From Planctomycetota bacterium (GTDB lineage Bacteria > Planctomycetota > UBA1135 > UBA2386): a DNA stretch of 64,000 nt. Of this stretch, positions 9,220-22,070 are shown piece by piece; within the stretch, counting starts at the first letter, position 1; each line of letters begins with the position of its first letter. A program made the translations under genes and the position numbers. The notes under the pieces are model-generated. The model did no database searches, had not been told where the DNA came from, and saw only the letters and a list, made by a program, of their open reading frames with translations. The DNA lies in contig JBKAGP010000001.1 of assembly GCA_046290465.1 (NCBI GenBank), positions 480,001-544,000 on the forward strand, in the 5' to 3' direction.

Positions 9220-10776
9220 ATGCAACCAAGCTCCGTCGTCCCGGCCGCCCTGCTCGCCCTGGCGGCCACGCACGCGGCCGCCAGCTCGCTGTGCGCGCAG
9301 AGCGTCTACCAGACCCTGCCTCGGCACGGCGTGCCAGCGAGCGCGAACGTCGTCGCCGACGTCGGATCGGCCGTGGTGCCGCTCGACATCGACCAGGACG
9401 GCGACCTCGATCTGTTCGTCGCGCGGCGCCAGGGCACCAGCGGCGCGGCGCAGAACCGGCTGCTGCGCAACGACGGCCAGGGTCGCTTCGAGGACCGCAC
9501 CGCGGCGGCGTTGCCGGCCGTGCTCGACCGCTCCTATGACGCCGTGGCCGGCGACGTCGACGGCGATGGCGACGTCGACCTGGTCACGATCTCGCGGTTC
9601 GGACCGGGGCTGACCGTGCTGCGCAACGACGGCACCGGTGTCTTCACCGCCAGCACGCAGGCGGGCGTCGGCGAAGCGCTGGCGCTCGGTGATGTCGATG
9701 GCGACGGCGACCTCGATGTGGTGGTGGCACCCGACGAAGCCGTGCTGGCCAACGACGGCACCGGCACGTTCACCGCGGTGCCCAACGCGATGCCGGTTCG
9801 CGCCGACGATTCGAGCGACGTGGTGATGGGGGACTTCGACGGTGACGGCGACCTCGATCTGGCGTTCTCCAACCGGATCTACCCCGGCTACTACTATCCG
9901 TACGTCGCCACGCCCGGCACGACGTCGCTCTACCTCAACAACGGCACCGGCACCTTCGTCGACGCGACCGCCGCCAGCGTGCCCGCCCACGGCGGCCGCA
10001 ACGCGGCGCTGGTCGCCGGCGACTGGGACGGCGACGGCGACCTCGATCTGGCGGTGGTCGGCGGCGACCTCTGCGGGCCCGGCTACGGCTGCGGCGAGCA
10101 GATCCGGATCCTCCGCAACGATGGCGCGGCGGGCTTCTCGACGACGACGCTCGGCTTCGCGCGGGCCGGGGACGTGGCGGCTGGGGACATCGACGGCGAT
10201 GGCGACCTCGACCTTGTCGTGGCCGCCGAGCTGGCCTACTACGGCGGCGGCCAGAACCGCGTGCTGCGCAACGACGGTGCCGGCAACTTCGCCGACGTCA
10301 GCCAGGCGTGGTCGCCGAGCACGGCGGTCTGGTCGGCGAGCTGCGCGCTGGCGGATCTGGACGGTGACGGCGACCTCGATCAGGTGGTCGGCAACTGGGG
10401 CGGGGACGAGGTGCTGGTGCACACCCAGCACCAGCTGCACGCGCCGGCCGCACCGCGCCTCGGCCAGACCTACGCGCTCGACGCCTACCTGCGGCGCTGG
10501 CCGTCGAGTCCGCTGGATCGGGCGTGGATCTGGCTGTCGACGCTGCCGGCCCAGCTCCAGCTGCCCTCGTTGGGAACGCTCGGCATCGACCCCAACACCG
10601 CCGCGCCGCTGCCGGCGGTCGCGATCCAGGCCTCGTCGCGCAGCGGCTCGAGCGGATGGCCGATCCCGAACCAGCCGAGCCTGGTCGGCGTGCCGCTGTA
10701 CGCGCAGGCGCTGCTGCTGCACGATCCGTTCGACCTGCGGTTGAGCAACGTCGTGCGCGACGTGATCGGTCCGTAG
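9220..10776 (+). CDS. Secreted FG-GAP/VCBS-repeat beta-propeller protein with conserved C-terminal domain
   Basis: Signal peptide; seven DxDxDGDxD repeats; tail IPNQPSLVG..YAQALL..SN. Confidence 0.92.
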   Translation: MQPSSVVPAALLALAATHAAASSLCAQSVYQTLPRHGVPASANVVADVGSAVVPLDIDQDGDLDLFVARRQGTSGAAQNRLLRNDGQGRFEDRTAAALPAVLDRSYDAVAGDVDGDGDVDLVTISRFGPGLTVLRNDGTGVFTASTQAGVGEALALGDVDGDGDLDVVVAPDEAVLANDGTGTFTAVPNAMPVRADDSSDVVMGDFDGDGDLDLAFSNRIYPGYYYPYVATPGTTSLYLNNGTGTFVDATAASVPAHGGRNAALVAGDWDGDGDLDLAVVGGDLCGPGYGCGEQIRILRNDGAAGFSTTTLGFARAGDVAAGDIDGDGDLDLVVAAELAYYGGGQNRVLRNDGAGNFADVSQAWSPSTAVWSASCALADLDGDGDLDQVVGNWGGDEVLVHTQHQLHAPAAPRLGQTYALDAYLRRWPSSPLDRAWIWLSTLPAQLQLPSLGTLGIDPNTAAPLPAVAIQASSRSGSSGWPIPNQPSLVGVPLYAQALLLHDPFDLRLSNVVRDVIGP

Positions 10777-10785
10777 GCGGTCGGT

Positions 10786-11697
10786 TCAGCCGTGGGCCTG
10801 GCCGTGGCGGCCGGGTTCGACCAGCAGCGGATCGCGGCCGAGCTGCCGTTCGCTCAGGGCGCGCTCGATCGTCTCGAGCACCTGCTCGACGCCGATGTCG
10901 GTCATGCAGCGGCCGCGCGGGTTGGCGGTGCAGCCGGTCTCCTGCATCGCGGCGAAGCAGCGACTCATGCAGTGCAGGCACGGCAGGCCGCTGGCCTCGA
11001 CCGGGTAGACCCTGGCGCCCGGGTGCACGAAGCGCGTTGGCGTGGCCAGCGAGAACAGCGTCACGCACGGCAGGTTGGCGGCCTGCGCGTAGTGGAACGG
11101 CCCGCTGTTGTTGCCGACGAACAGGTTGCAGGCCGACAGCACGGCGGCGGTCTCGCGCATCGTCAGCTTGCCGACCAGGTCGGTGCCGATGCCGAGGCGA
11201 TCCTGGACGCCGATCTCGATCACCTGGGCGCCGGCGTCGTGCAGCGACTGCGCAACCACGCGCCAGTGGTCGAGCGGCCAGTGCCGCAGCGGATCGACGA
11301 AGTCGACGCACAGCGCGACGCGCGGCTTGCCGAGCAGCGGCACGCGCCGCAGCACCTCGAGGTCGTCGGCGGTCAGGTGCAGCCGGGGGCGGCGGTCGCT
11401 GGGCGACACGTCGGCGTAGCTGCACATGTGGTCGATCAGGCTCGGCATCGCCTCGAGGCGTCCGTAGGCCTCGCGGTCCATGTGCGTGAACAGGCGGACC
11501 TCGACGACGTGGTCGAACTGCTGGCCGGGCTGGGCGGGGCCGCTGACCCGCGGGTTGTGCAGCACGTTGCCACACTTGCCGTTGACGAAGATGCGCGTGT
11601 CGTGGCCGAAGCGCTCGACCAGGCCGAGCATCATCGGATCGCTGCACAAGAGGTCGCCCAGGCCCCAGGCGCCCTGGTAGTCGACGAGCACGTCCAC
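10786..11697 (-). CDS. Glycosyltransferase family 9 (heptosyltransferase-like)
   Basis: GLGDLL start motif, RHWPLDHW, DLVGKLTMRETAAVL, FVGNNSGPFHYAQA; GTG start 2 nt after the upstream stop. Confidence 0.88.
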   Translation of the reverse strand: MDVLVDYQGAWGLGDLLCSDPMMLGLVERFGHDTRIFVNGKCGNVLHNPRVSGPAQPGQQFDHVVEVRLFTHMDREAYGRLEAMPSLIDHMCSYADVSPSDRRPRLHLTADDLEVLRRVPLLGKPRVALCVDFVDPLRHWPLDHWRVVAQSLHDAGAQVIEIGVQDRLGIGTDLVGKLTMRETAAVLSACNLFVGNNSGPFHYAQAANLPCVTLFSLATPTRFVHPGARVYPVEASGLPCLHCMSRCFAAMQETGCTANPRGRCMTDIGVEQVLETIERALSERQLGRDPLLVEPGRHGQAHG

Positions 11698-11699
11698 GC

Positions 11700-13031
11700 T
11701 CAGGCTCCGGTCGGCGATGGCGGTGCCGGGGCGTCGATCGGCTGGGTCGCGTCGATGGCCTGCTCGATGCGGGACAGCACCTGGGCCGGCACGTAGCGCA
11801 GGATGGTCTGCTTGGCGTGCTCGACCATGCCGAGTTCGCGCGCGACGACCAGCGCGCTGGCGACCGTCTCGGTGCGGGTGATGCCCGCCTCGACGGCGTG
11901 CAGCAACGCCGCCAGCGACTGCTTCTTCTTGTTGGACTCGTAGAGCGTCACGCCGAGGTCGGCCCAGGTCTCCGGATCGTCGGCGCCCAGCTCGCGGTGC
12001 TTGCCGATCGCGGCGAGCAGCGCGTGCTCGGCCTCGTCGAGGTTGCCCTGCGCGAAGTAGCGGCGCGCCACGTCGCGGATCGCCTGGGGTTCCATCCACT
12101 GCAGGTAGACGCGCGCGTCGTTGTCCGTGCGGCGGAAGATGTTGCCCTGCTGGTCGCGGAACGCGCCGTGGCCGGAGTTCTCGTGGCACGGATCGCAGTA
12201 GCCGAAGTCGGTGCAGCTGAAGAACTCGCCCATCCGGGGCAGCGGCCGGCACGCGTCGATCTGCGTGATGTTGCCGAACGCGTTCTTCCGTTCGGTCAGG
12301 TGGTACTGGCAGTTGTAGACGTTGCCCTCGGGGTCGATGTTGACCCACGCGCTGGTGCAGTCGATCCGGTACTTGTGGTCGCGGTTGAAGCCCTCGCCCA
12401 TGTGGGTGCCGCGAAACTCGTTGAACTGGTAGATCAAGCCGCGTCGGTCGGCGAGCTGCAGCAGCTTGCGCACGTTGGCGTCGTGCTCGTCGTCGCGGAA
12501 GTGCGGGAACTGCTCGAGGTTGACCATCGAGAAGGTCGGCTCGTCGACGATGCCGCTGTCGCGCAGGCGTTCGGCCTGGTCGAGCCACTTCTCCGGCGCG
12601 CTGAACTTCGGGTGGTAGGTGTGGAAGCTGGTCTTGAACGTCTTGCCGTGCGCGCGCATCTCCTTCGCGAACGCATCGATGTCGAACGTCAGGTTCGACG
12701 TCATGTCGAGGTCGTAGCCCTCGAGGCGGCTGGCGATGAACGCGAAGTCCTTGTGCAGCGACGGCTCGCCACCGGTCAGGATCAGCGGGTGCTCCGGGCG
12801 CACGGGGTAGGCGTTGAGCGACTCGACCCACTCGCGGCCGGACAGCTCCTGGTAGCGACCCCACGGCTTGCGCCGCTGGCCCGGAACCATCTTGGGCTTC
12901 TGGATGCAGTAGTCGCAGGCGAAGTTGCAGCGCGCGGTCAGGTAGGCGACCCACACGTGGATCTCCGGCGTCGGCAACGGGAACTGGGCGGCTGGTGCCA
13001 TAGCGGGGGGTGACTTCTCCAAGTCACCCAT
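11700..13031 (-). CDS. Radical SAM protein with twitch/SPASM-like Cys region and C-terminal TPR-like helices
   Basis: CNFACDYC, LTGGEP, C..NIDPEGNVYNC..FGNI..CTDFGYCDPC, TPR-like ETWADLGVTLYE; start 13031 or 13001. Confidence 0.85.
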   Translation of the reverse strand: MGDLEKSPPAMAPAAQFPLPTPEIHVWVAYLTARCNFACDYCIQKPKMVPGQRRKPWGRYQELSGREWVESLNAYPVRPEHPLILTGGEPSLHKDFAFIASRLEGYDLDMTSNLTFDIDAFAKEMRAHGKTFKTSFHTYHPKFSAPEKWLDQAERLRDSGIVDEPTFSMVNLEQFPHFRDDEHDANVRKLLQLADRRGLIYQFNEFRGTHMGEGFNRDHKYRIDCTSAWVNIDPEGNVYNCQYHLTERKNAFGNITQIDACRPLPRMGEFFSCTDFGYCDPCHENSGHGAFRDQQGNIFRRTDNDARVYLQWMEPQAIRDVARRYFAQGNLDEAEHALLAAIGKHRELGADDPETWADLGVTLYESNKKKQSLAALLHAVEAGITRTETVASALVVARELGMVEHAKQTILRYVPAQVLSRIEQAIDATQPIDAPAPPSPTGA

Positions 13032-13151
13032 GCCATCGGCGCCCGTGCGGGGCGGACTTGAGGCGAGGCGCAGCCAACCTCCGTTGGCAACGGGCGGCCG
13101 GGGAACGCACGCCGCCGCCGCGCCGGGCGGGATGGCGGCTAGACCGGCGCG

Positions 13152-13952
13152 TCACTCGACGCGCACGTTGCCCTGCCCGTTGTTGTCGATCCGGTTGTCC
13201 TGGTTCAGCACCGCGAGGTCGACGGCTGTGTCGCGGATGCGCACGCCATACTCGACGTTGTCGACGACGTCGTTGTCGAACACGAGCACCATCGCGCTGT
13301 CGCGCAGGCGCACGCCGCTCTGGGCGTTGTCGCGCACGACGCTGGTGCGCAGCGTGACGTCGAGCGCGTCACGCACCTCGACGCCGTGGTCGAGGTTGGA
13401 GGCGACCAGGCAGTCCTCGACGAGCACGTTCTGGGACGCCTCGCGCACCCTCACACCATGGCCGACGTTGTCGACGGCGTCGCAGTTGCGCACGACCACG
13501 TCCGACGAACTGCGCACCTCGATGCCGGTGTCGCCGTTGTCGCGGGCGACGACGCCTTCGACCAGCACGTCGACGCAGCCCCGGACCCGGATGCCGCCGT
13601 CGGGAGCCGACAGCGTCACGTTGCGGACCTCGACTCCCATGGTGTCACGCACCTCGATGGCCGCGTCGTCGAGACCGGCGACGCCGGTCAACACGGTCGC
13701 GCTGCCCTGGCCGACCAGGATGAGCGGTTTGCGGACGACGAGCCGGCCGGAGAACGTGCCTGCGCCGATCGCGACGGTGTCGCCGGCGGCGGCGTCGTTG
13801 ATGGCGCGCTGGACGTCGGCGAGGTCGCCGGCGCGCGCCGGGTCAGTGGACAGGCTGGTCGGCTCGGTCGCCGAGGAACTGCCGCCCGAGCACGCCGGGA
13901 TCAGCAGGAGCAGCAGCGACACGGAACAGGTGGCGAGGATGCGGTTCTTCAT
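13152..13952 (-). CDS. Lipoprotein with right-handed parallel beta-helix repeats (NosD/pectin-lyase-like fold)
   Basis: Lipobox-like IPAC; VQRAINDAAAGDTVAIGAGTF; repeated DNxxxGVxV units. Confidence 0.85.
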   Translation of the reverse strand: MKNRILATCSVSLLLLLIPACSGGSSSATEPTSLSTDPARAGDLADVQRAINDAAAGDTVAIGAGTFSGRLVVRKPLILVGQGSATVLTGVAGLDDAAIEVRDTMGVEVRNVTLSAPDGGIRVRGCVDVLVEGVVARDNGDTGIEVRSSSDVVVRNCDAVDNVGHGVRVREASQNVLVEDCLVASNLDHGVEVRDALDVTLRTSVVRDNAQSGVRLRDSAMVLVFDNDVVDNVEYGVRIRDTAVDLAVLNQDNRIDNNGQGNVRVE

Positions 13953-13968
13953 GGTCGCCGGTCCTCGA

Positions 13969-13983
13969 GCAAGCAACGTGCCG
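13969..13983 (-). promoter_or_regulatory. Sigma54 (-24/-12) promoter for the beta-helix lipoprotein
   Basis: Minus strand reads CGGCAC-GTTGC-TTGC. Confidence 0.7.
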
Positions 13984-14004
13984 CGACCGAGGCGGCGGTC
14001 GAGC

Positions 14005-14051
14005 GACCGGAATCCGGGCGCCGCAGGCCGCCGTGCGCCCGGAATCCGGAC
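14005..14051 (-). promoter_or_regulatory. Paired palindromic boxes, candidate enhancer (UAS)
   Basis: Minus strand GTCCGGATTCCGGGC (14051-14037) and GCCCGGATTCCGGTC (14019-14005), 32-bp period. Confidence 0.65.
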
Positions 14052-14064
14052 ACGCCTGCTCTGC

Positions 14065-15744
14065 TCAGCGGGAGACCTGCTGTTCGGGCGCGACCCAGCC
14101 CCACTCGGGCCGGATCCCGAACCGCCCCGGCTGACAGCCCCGCACGCGGCGGTGCATCAGCACGGCGGCGCGCGGATGTGCGACCAGCGCAGCCGGCGCG
14201 AGCTCTGCGGAGCGGGCATGCGCCTGCCGCCAGAGTTCGTTCCGCAGCTCCGGGTCGGGCTGCCGACGCGCCTGCTCGAGCAACGCGTCCAGGGCCGGAT
14301 CGGCGAAGCCACCGTGGTTGTTGGTGCCCTGCGAGTGCAGGAAGCGATGCGGATCCTGCGACGGCAGGAACGACTCGAGCACCAACAGGCCGTCCCAGGC
14401 ACCGGCCCGCAGTTCGGCCAGCAGCGGCGTCAGCGCGCGTTCGCGGACCTCGAGCTGCACGCCCGCGGTGCGCGCCGCGTCGCGGACGAGGTCGACGATC
14501 GCCTCGAGCACCTCGGTGCCGGACAGCGCGAGCAGGCGCAGGCGCAGCGGCGTGCCTGCGCCTGCGTCGAAGCCCGCTCGCCGCAGCTCCGCGCGGGTCG
14601 CGGCGGGATCGAAGGTGCTGGTCGGGCACCCCTGCAGCGCATCGGCGTACGGCTTGGCGTGGCCGCGCGCCGGCTCGAGGTCGCCAAAGCGCTGCTGCAG
14701 CGCCTGGTGGTCGACCAGGCCGGCGAGGGCCCGGCGCACCTCCGGGCGGTCGAACGGCGCGTGCCGTGCGTTCCAGACGATCCGGTAGACGCCGAGCTGC
14801 GGGTAGTCGTAGCGGTGGCGCACGTAGTCGCGGCGGACCTGCTGGTGGGCGGTGAGCAGCGCGTCGAGGTCCTGGCCCGAGTACCAGTCCAGTTCGCCGC
14901 GCAGCAGCGCGTTGCGGGCCGCGGCCTGGTCGCGGAACCGCACCCGCATCGCCGCGAAGTTCCAGCTGCCGGGGCGCACCTGTCGGTGCCAGCTCTGCTC
15001 GTGCCGCACCATCGTGACCCGCTGGCGCGCGCGCCACAGCGAGGTCCCGTCGGCATACATCGAGTACGGCCCGGTGCCGGGACCGGTCTCGCGCCGCAGC
15101 TGGGCGACCAGGTCGGCGAACCGACGGGAGGCGACCGGCGGCATCGACTCGCCCGCGTCGAGTCGTTCGCGGATGCGTTCGAGCAGCCAGGCGCGGCACG
15201 GCACCAGCCAGTTCTCCCCGACCACGCTGGCCGCGTCGAAGTGGTCGCCGGCGAACCGCACCCGCAGCGTGCCGTCGACGACCTCGGCGCTGCGCACGTG
15301 CTGCATCGCGTCGCCGACGAAGCCGAGTTCGAGATGGCCGCCGCGGTGCAGTTCGAACGGCAGCAGCACGTCGTCGGCGGTCAGGGGCGAGCCGTCGCAA
15401 AAGCGCACGCCCGCACGCAGCGGGTAGTCGCAGCCGTGGCCGTCGTCGTGCAGGCGGTAGCTGGTGGCGAGGGCGCCGCGCAGGCTGCCGTCGCGACCGT
15501 CGCGGTCGAGCAAGGTGTCGTGCGTGACCCTGAGGATCAGGTTGCGGGCGGCTGGGCCGCGGCAGGTCAGCGGGTGCACGTCGGCCGGCTCCTCGGCGGC
15601 ACTGGTGTAGACATGGCCCTGCGGTCGCCCGCCGAGCGTGCGCGGGTGGGGGGCGAGGGGCAGGCCGTCGGCGGGGCCGCGCAGCAGCGCGAAGCCGACC
15701 ACCAGCAGCGCCAGTGCCAGCAGGCAGACGAGCACGAACCGCAT
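14065..15744 (-). CDS. ABC transporter substrate-binding protein, family 5 (peptide/nickel)
   Basis: GALATSY...LRAGVRFCDGSPLTADDV, GTGPY, PFDRPEVRRALA; N-terminal hydrophobic anchor. Confidence 0.88.
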   Translation of the reverse strand: MRFVLVCLLALALLVVGFALLRGPADGLPLAPHPRTLGGRPQGHVYTSAAEEPADVHPLTCRGPAARNLILRVTHDTLLDRDGRDGSLRGALATSYRLHDDGHGCDYPLRAGVRFCDGSPLTADDVLLPFELHRGGHLELGFVGDAMQHVRSAEVVDGTLRVRFAGDHFDAASVVGENWLVPCRAWLLERIRERLDAGESMPPVASRRFADLVAQLRRETGPGTGPYSMYADGTSLWRARQRVTMVRHEQSWHRQVRPGSWNFAAMRVRFRDQAAARNALLRGELDWYSGQDLDALLTAHQQVRRDYVRHRYDYPQLGVYRIVWNARHAPFDRPEVRRALAGLVDHQALQQRFGDLEPARGHAKPYADALQGCPTSTFDPAATRAELRRAGFDAGAGTPLRLRLLALSGTEVLEAIVDLVRDAARTAGVQLEVRERALTPLLAELRAGAWDGLLVLESFLPSQDPHRFLHSQGTNNHGGFADPALDALLEQARRQPDPELRNELWRQAHARSAELAPAALVAHPRAAVLMHRRVRGCQPGRFGIRPEWGWVAPEQQVSR

Positions 15745-15820
15745 CGACGCCACTATGCAGCAGCCCGGTCGTCGGCGACACCTGTTCGGTGCCACGTCCG
15801 CCCGGTAGCCTCGGCCGGCG

Positions 15821-19588
<3,768 letters not shown>

Positions 19589-19623
19589 GGCGCGGGTCGG
19601 CCCGACGGGACCCCGGTTGGAGC

Positions 19624-19670
19624 GTCCGGGTTCCGGGCACGGCCGCGGCCTCTGTGTGCGGATCCCGGAC
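19624..19670 (+). promoter_or_regulatory. Paired palindromic boxes, candidate enhancer (UAS)
   Basis: GTCCGGGTTCCGGGC (19624-19638) and GTGCGGATCCCGGAC (19656-19670), 32-bp period. Confidence 0.65.
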
Positions 19671-19691
19671 GTTCCATGCCGTCTTTGAGGT

Positions 19692-19706
19692 TGGCACGCT
19701 CGTTGC
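19692..19706 (+). promoter_or_regulatory. Sigma54 (-24/-12) promoter
   Basis: TGGCAC-GCTCG-TTGC matches the consensus; AAAGGAG SD and ATG 19754 follow. Confidence 0.85.
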
Positions 19707-19753
19707 GCTGGCGGGTTCGTCCACGAAACGAATCGAAACGAAAGGAGTCCGAC

Positions 19754-20335
19754 ATGCGTACCGCCATCATCCTCGCCGCCACGTTCGCCGCCGCCGCCGC
19801 CCTGCCCGCGCAGACCACGATCCGCGGCAAGGTCGAAGACGTGCAGAACACCAACAACCAGTTCTACCTCGACGGCACCGACATTCCGGTCGTCAGCAAC
19901 GTGCTGAACCTGAACCTGTGGCAGGGCCAGCAGGCGCTGCTCGACGTCGTCAACGTCGGCACGGCGGCCGCGCCGGTGCTGCGCATCGACGCCGCCACGC
20001 CGACCAACAAGGTGATGGACATGGGCAACCTGCGCCTGGGCGAGACCAAGACGTGGGAGGTGTTCGCGCCGACCGGCGCGGCGGCCTTCGTGTTCATGGA
20101 CTGGACCAGCAACACCGGCTTCACGCCGCTGCCCGGCATCGGCGGCGCCTGGCTGATGGGTGGGGCCCCGTTCCTGCTGGCCGGCGGCTTCACCCAGGGC
20201 GGTATGTTCCAGACCACGTTCACGACCCCGAACGATCCTGGCCTCGTCGGCCTGATGGTCACCAGCCAGGCACTGGTCGGTAGCAACGGCGGCTGGGAGT
20301 TCTCCAACGTCGACGGCAAGACCGTCGAGAACTGA
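19754..20335 (+). CDS. Secreted hypothetical protein with conserved C-terminal domain
   Basis: Strong SD, signal peptide MRTAIILAATFAAAAALPAQ, tail TPNDPGLVG..SQAL..SN. Confidence 0.85.
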   Translation: MRTAIILAATFAAAAALPAQTTIRGKVEDVQNTNNQFYLDGTDIPVVSNVLNLNLWQGQQALLDVVNVGTAAAPVLRIDAATPTNKVMDMGNLRLGETKTWEVFAPTGAAAFVFMDWTSNTGFTPLPGIGGAWLMGGAPFLLAGGFTQGGMFQTTFTTPNDPGLVGLMVTSQALVGSNGGWEFSNVDGKTVEN

Positions 20336-20384
20336 TCCCGCCCCGACCGCACGCCCGCTCCAGCCCAGCTACACTGCAACCGAC

Positions 20385-22040
20385 ATGTCCAAGCGTCTCG
20401 CCGTCGCTTCCCTCGCCCTGGCCGGCCTCGCGCCGGCGCAGGCCATCTGCTTCGCCGAAGGTTCGCCGAACTCGCTGGCCGTCGTGACGGTCCCGCAGGT
20501 CACGCCCAACGCGGCCGGAACGGTCGTCGTGCAGGGCATCGAGCTGCTGCCGATCGAGATCACCGGCCGCTACCTCGGCCAGGACAACGACCCCAGGCGC
20601 AGCCGGCTGGTCGATCGCCACGGGATCTCGCGGGTCGAATTGCCGGGCAACGGTCGCCTGCTGCGCTACCGCCGGGCCGGCGGAGCGCACTTCGGGTTCC
20701 TGCACGTCGCCGCCGACGGCGAGGCGGCGGTCGTGCTCGAACGGCCCGCGTTCGCTGGCCAGGACCCGTTCGAGGATCGGGTCGGCGTCGCGCGCGACGG
20801 CAGCCACTTCGCGGTGCCCGAACTGCAGGGAGGCCTCGACATCGTGCGGCTCGACGGCCAGGTCTACGCGAGCACCAACGCGCCGTGGCGACGGGTCTCG
20901 CCCGCCTCGCAGCTCGAAGCGCAGTCGGTGATGGTCGGCGACCAGGTCGTCTGGTACCAGACCGAACAGCAGCAGGTGCTGCGCTGCGGCCTCGTCGACG
21001 GCGCGACGCCGGCAGACGTGTCGCCGGCGCCGATCGCCAACGCGGACCTCAAGGACCAGATGGCGATGAGCGGCGACGGGTCGTCGGTGGTGTTCCTCTA
21101 CGGGCCGCAGCAGCTGCAGCGGCTCTACTTCGCGACGCTGACCCAGAACGCGGTGGTGTTGCCGCCGCCGCCGTCGAAGTACGAGGAGCCGGACTACCTG
21201 CCCGAAGGCGCGGGCTCGCAGGAACTGCTGCTCGACGAGGACGGCTCGCGCCTGCTCTACGTCGACTCCGAAGTCCGTGACGAGCTCTACCTGCTCGACA
21301 CCGCGGGCGTGCTGCCCCAACTGCACATCACCGACGACCCGGTGTTCCAGCCGTACATCGGCGTGCACATCCTGCCGGGGTTCGCCGCCGACGTGCTGAC
21401 CGTGGCGATCGGCGATCCCAACCTGATGGACTGGTTCCGTGCCGAACTGCAGCCGACCGGCGGGGTCGTCGTCAACCTGACCGCGACCGGCTCGGCGACG
21501 ATGCCGTTCCCGGAGGGCACGATCGATCCCGTCGACGGCATCGAACGCGCCGGCGAGCGCCTGCTGGTCGAGCAGGTCGGCGGCCTGCAGCGGCTGCGCA
21601 CGGTCGACCCGGTGACCGGTGCCGGAGCGGTGCTGCACGACCAGGTGGTCGGTGCGGTTCGCGTCGCCAGCGTCGTCGACGGCGCCCAGGTCGTCGATGC
21701 CGACTTCGTGGTGCCGACGCTCGTCGGCGACGTGCTGCACGTCGGCGCCAACACCGGGCTGCTGCCGGCGGGCTTCGACCTGCGCGCGCCTGCCGTCGGC
21801 CCGTACTACCGGGCGTCGACGGTCGACTTCTCGGCCTGGTCCGTGCCGGTGTTCTACCTGCCGACCGGCGAGACGCTGTTCAGCACGATCTTGCCGCAGG
21901 TGCTGCAGGTCTGCCCGCAGTCGGGTGGCGGCTCGGTCGTGGTCGGCTCGCAGCTGCAACACATCGGACCGGCCGGCTCGACCACGCTCAACCGGCCGAC
22001 CGTCGCGTTCCGTCGCTGCCTGTCGGGCGCCGGCGTCTGA
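20385..22040 (+). CDS. Secreted hypothetical protein, probable beta-propeller
   Basis: Signal peptide; propeller-like segments (MSGDGSSVVFLY, DEDGSRLLY); coding-like codon usage. Confidence 0.75.
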   Translation: MSKRLAVASLALAGLAPAQAICFAEGSPNSLAVVTVPQVTPNAAGTVVVQGIELLPIEITGRYLGQDNDPRRSRLVDRHGISRVELPGNGRLLRYRRAGGAHFGFLHVAADGEAAVVLERPAFAGQDPFEDRVGVARDGSHFAVPELQGGLDIVRLDGQVYASTNAPWRRVSPASQLEAQSVMVGDQVVWYQTEQQQVLRCGLVDGATPADVSPAPIANADLKDQMAMSGDGSSVVFLYGPQQLQRLYFATLTQNAVVLPPPPSKYEEPDYLPEGAGSQELLLDEDGSRLLYVDSEVRDELYLLDTAGVLPQLHITDDPVFQPYIGVHILPGFAADVLTVAIGDPNLMDWFRAELQPTGGVVVNLTATGSATMPFPEGTIDPVDGIERAGERLLVEQVGGLQRLRTVDPVTGAGAVLHDQVVGAVRVASVVDGAQVVDADFVVPTLVGDVLHVGANTGLLPAGFDLRAPAVGPYYRASTVDFSAWSVPVFYLPTGETLFSTILPQVLQVCPQSGGGSVVVGSQLQHIGPAGSTTLNRPTVAFRRCLSGAGV

Positions 22041-22070
22041 GCGGTCGCCGGTCCGGATCTCTGGCCGCGG

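Noticed and set aside
9380..10380. Repeated GACGGCGACCTCGA DNA motifs
   Set aside because: Fully explained by FG-GAP protein repeats
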